DNA from: Macrostomum lignano
Taxonomy: Eukaryota
Direction of reading: 5' to 3'
Assembly: GCA_002269645.1 (NCBI GenBank)
Contig: NIVC01001742.1
Span: 61,740 to 125,739 of the forward strand
DNA length: 64,000 nucleotides
In this document: positions 60,421 through 64,000 of the stretch, one piece after another
Layout: each line of letters starts with the position of its first letter
Numbering within the stretch: the stretch's first letter is position 1
Translations under genes and position numbers: made by a program
Notes under the pieces: model-generated
Seen by the model: the letters and a program-made list of their open reading frames with translations, nothing else
Told to the model about the DNA's origin: nothing
Databases searched by the model: none

Positions 60421-62294
60421 GTAAATGAAACAAAGCAGGAAATCGCTTATATTCAATATTAAACTGAGCACAATCGGCAGCTTTTATTTGCGTAAAATGA
60501 AGGCTGTATTAACGATTAGTAGATATCCAACTTAATAAACACGTTTATTGATTGTTCTCGTATAGAAAAACAATTTATTCAATATAAATATATAATATAT
60601 TATTTTGAATGTCTAAAAGCATGCTACAGGAAACGTCGGTATTAGTGTTTTTTGTAACTTTCGGAGTGCTTGCACGGGTGTCGGGTGGATACACGACAAA
60701 ACAAATTTTAGCTAAGTAATTATAGCTAGCCAGAGAGCCAGAGTCTAATTAATGAAAGCGAACATAAAGCAAAGGTTATCGTTGCGAGGATTTGTAGCGA
60801 TATGTTTGGTAACTAAGCTATTCTGAATAGAAAAAAAACAATGTGCATCGCGAAGAGCATTTATAGCATCCTTGTATCGGACTCAACGGAGTAGTGTCTA
60901 GCAGAAACAGTGAAAGTTGAAAAAATCGACCTCTGTCTCGCAAATATTGCAGCCGATCGCCACCTACTTAAAAAAAAAACTAAACCATTCCGAAAAGCAG
61001 AACTTTTCTTTTCAAATAGAACGCGAATTAATTCACTTACAGTAGTACTAATCAGTAGTGACAAGGCGGTGCAACAGCGGCGCAACATTGGTCAACTTTA
61101 TCGCGAACAGTCGATATTAAAAAATCAACACAGGTACCTTCTTCAGTACAATTGCAAGCTTAAACATGTAAACAAACACACACACACACACCAGCACAAG
61201 TTGCAAGCCTGAGGAAGGGACTGGTCTAACGAAAGACTGTACGCAACTGAGCTCAAAGAAATGCTGCGCTTTGTATTGGATCTCCGTGTTGTTTAGACGG
61301 ACGTAGTATTGGTATTCTTCATTATTTTAATGACTCGATGATTTATAAATGGAAGTGGCACTTCACACTTCTCAGAGCTCAGTCCGCACTTTTTAAAACA
61401 CTTTTGTCTTCAATTAGCTGGTCATCTTGTGGAATGCAACAACCCTTGAATTCCGATAGCTGGAGGTCGTTTTGATGAATTCTATTTATGGTTTATGACA
61501 GTGCGTGTTGAGGAACTGCTAAATATTCTATGTTTATATATAGTAGAATGTTGTTTATAATAAATACTTAACAACAGGAGATATGGGGGCAGCTGGGCGA
61601 AGGGCAAGGCACAAGCTGAAAAGCGAGCCAATACTGCTGAATGATACGAGTTAGTCAAAAGTATATCAAAGGTTTCACAAACAATTGAAAAAAAATTAGA
61701 TAGATTTTTGTTAAAACTGCAGTTTCTCAAAATTAACTTCACTAACAAGCTTATCTGTTGCTAGTGTGTTCATGGGTTTGAAATAATTCACGTCTAAAGG
61801 TTTAGCGTATTAAAATGTGGGTCGTTAGGATTGATTTGAACTTTAAAAAACATAATTCGAAAAAGTTCTGCAACCATGCAGAAGCGTAAGTATGTGCCAG
61901 AAATGTGTGCAAAAGCAAATTCTCGTAAGTTAGACAACAACCACAAAAATAGGCTTACAATTAACAGGTTGTGCTGCTCAAAAAAGGATAATTCCCGGGA
62001 GTGCTAAATGAGCGTATGTACTTTGCTAGCCAGATGATAATAAGCGATAAAAAAGCAACAATATGCTCTGCTGAAAATCTGCATGATATCGGGCCAAGGA
62101 TCATAGGGATGTGTTAGCCACGGTGATGGTGGTCGATCAATCAAATCTATTAGTAAAACTTGTCTTGCAAAATGAGTTGATAAATATTGAATGCGTTGCA
62201 TAGTCTAGTAAATTTCTCTTTGGAAGAAACTATTCGTCCTCCCAATATGTTTTTGAGTTACTGCCGAAAAACAATATTTGCACAACCATCCTAT

Positions 62295-62438
62295 GGGGTT
62301 GTAGCCTATTGGTATATAGCGTACGACTCACGACTGAAAGGTCGGGGGTTCGATTCTCGACTCAACACCCGGAACGATTTGTGTCCTTGTGTCCAATAGG
62401 GGTAGTTGTAATCGCTTATTTATTATTTATTAGTTATT
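62295..62438 (+). mobile_element. Short tRNA-derived SINE or tRNA-like retrocopy
   Basis: A-box tagcctattgg, B-box ggttcgattct, (tta/ttta) tail, possible TSD atcctat (62288-62294 / 62439-62445). Confidence 0.6.
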
Positions 62439-62535
62439 ATCCTATCCCAAAAATAGTCGTTAAATTAAACTAGCTAATAAAATTCTGCAGAACATTTCCC
62501 AACACCCCAATTGCAGATCGATATGGTGAAGCCGC

Positions 62536-62680
62536 TTATTCGTCCTCCTTGCCTCGCTTGATGTTATTGACGAATTTGTTATAATCGAGTTTGCCAGCCG
62601 TGATGGGGGCCTCCTTCCAGGTCTGACGGATCTCGTCGTCGGTGAAATTGTCGCCCATGTTCTTCATCAGGTCGCGGAAG
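62536..62680 (-). CDS. Myosin regulatory light chain, last exon
   Basis: FRDLMKNMGDNFTDDEIRQTWKEAPITAGKLDYNKFVNNIKRGKEDE*; phase-2 join. Confidence 0.95.
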
Positions 62681-62902
62681 CTGTGAATGGATTTTTTTCA
62701 GTGCTTGTAAGACGTTTTTTGTTTGAATGAAAAAGGGGATTTCAAATTGGAAGAATAGTTGACCCCAAAATCTCATAGTGCTCATTGTCCGACGGCTGAC
62801 GACCGAGAGACGCGTACATATGCATGTGAGCGCACTCAAATATCGATTTCTCATCGAATTTCTATAGGTAGTTGAGTTCTAAAATCATCTTTAGCTACTC
62901 AC

Positions 62903-63159
62903 TACTCCTCGTCCAAGGAGCCAGTGTTGGCATCGTCGAACATCTTGAACGCGTTGCGCAGCGCGTCCTCGGAGTCTGAGCCGGTCAAGCGTTCACCGAA
63001 AATCTGCAGAAACATCGTGAAGTTCAGCGGTCCCGGTGACTCCTTCAGCATCTCCTGGAGCTCCTTGTCCGATGGCTGACGACCGAGAGACGCGTACATG
63101 TCCTTTAGGTCCTCCATGTCGATGAAGCCGTCGCGATTCTGGTCGATCATGGTGAACGC
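62903..63159 (-). CDS. Myosin regulatory light chain, EF-hand exon
   Basis: [18 protein letters not shown]...[21 protein letters not shown]. Confidence 0.96.
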
Positions 63160-63372
63160 CTGGAAAAATTTTGATCAAAAAGGTGCATAATATGCAGCTA
63201 ATCTACTTTCAGTAGATGATATGCAAAATCTACTCCCGGGCTTCGAATTCGGCAGTAGACACGATTTTGAACTTTTCTGCAGTTTTACGGGCTACCGGTT
63301 CGTCATAGAATTTTATAGCATTTCGAATGCCTGCGCAAATTTCGGATTGAATCAAAAGTATCAGACGCTCAC

Positions 63373-63456
63373 CTCTTTGAACTCCTGCACCTGCTGCTGC
63401 GGAAAGGCGGCGAATACGTTTGATGTGGCTCTCTGGGCCCGCTTGCCTTCTTTCTT
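63373..63456 (-). CDS. Myosin regulatory light chain, N-terminal exon (ATG exon lies beyond the window)
   Basis: KKEGKRAQRATSNVFAAFPQQQVQEFKE, containing the RATSNVF phosphorylation motif; 84 nt, ag/gt borders. Confidence 0.95.
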
Positions 63457-63479
63457 CTGAAAGAGACGATGGAAAGTGT

Positions 63480-63985
<506 letters not shown>

Positions 63986-64000
63986 TATCTGTCTATCTAT

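Noticed and set aside
62295-62375. Functional tRNA gene
   Set aside because: A and B boxes are present, but the acceptor and anticodon stems do not pair well and a simple-repeat tail with a possible TSD follows.

Overview
Eukaryotic, repeat-rich invertebrate genomic DNA. It looks lophotrochozoan or flatworm-like, but the species cannot be fixed from sequence alone. Host genes: an intronless beta-adrenergic-like octopamine receptor (-, 21125-22405); a 6-exon VIP36/LMAN2-type L-lectin (-, 25221-44823); four intronless DUF1294/YsdA-like membrane-protein paralogs (+, 48574-57714); and three exons of a myosin regulatory light chain (-, 62536-63456, first exon outside the window). The 15.3-kb first intron of the lectin holds two apparently intact autonomous DNA transposons. 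One is a Buster/SPIN-type hAT (31815-34409, 8-bp TSD). The other is a 5.9-kb hATm/hATw-like element (38355-44215, 7-bp TSD) whose 6-exon, ~1146-aa transposase ends in a Spindlin-like Tudor domain. The intron also holds a SINE, MITEs and a Penelope remnant with a hammerhead ribozyme. Other notable items are a hAT MITE family carrying a 64-nt copy of the 28S rRNA R2/I-PpoI target region, a Crypton-like fragment, and about 20 mini- and microsatellite arrays that explain most of the long low-complexity ORFs. All family assignments come from motif recognition by eye; no database search was run.
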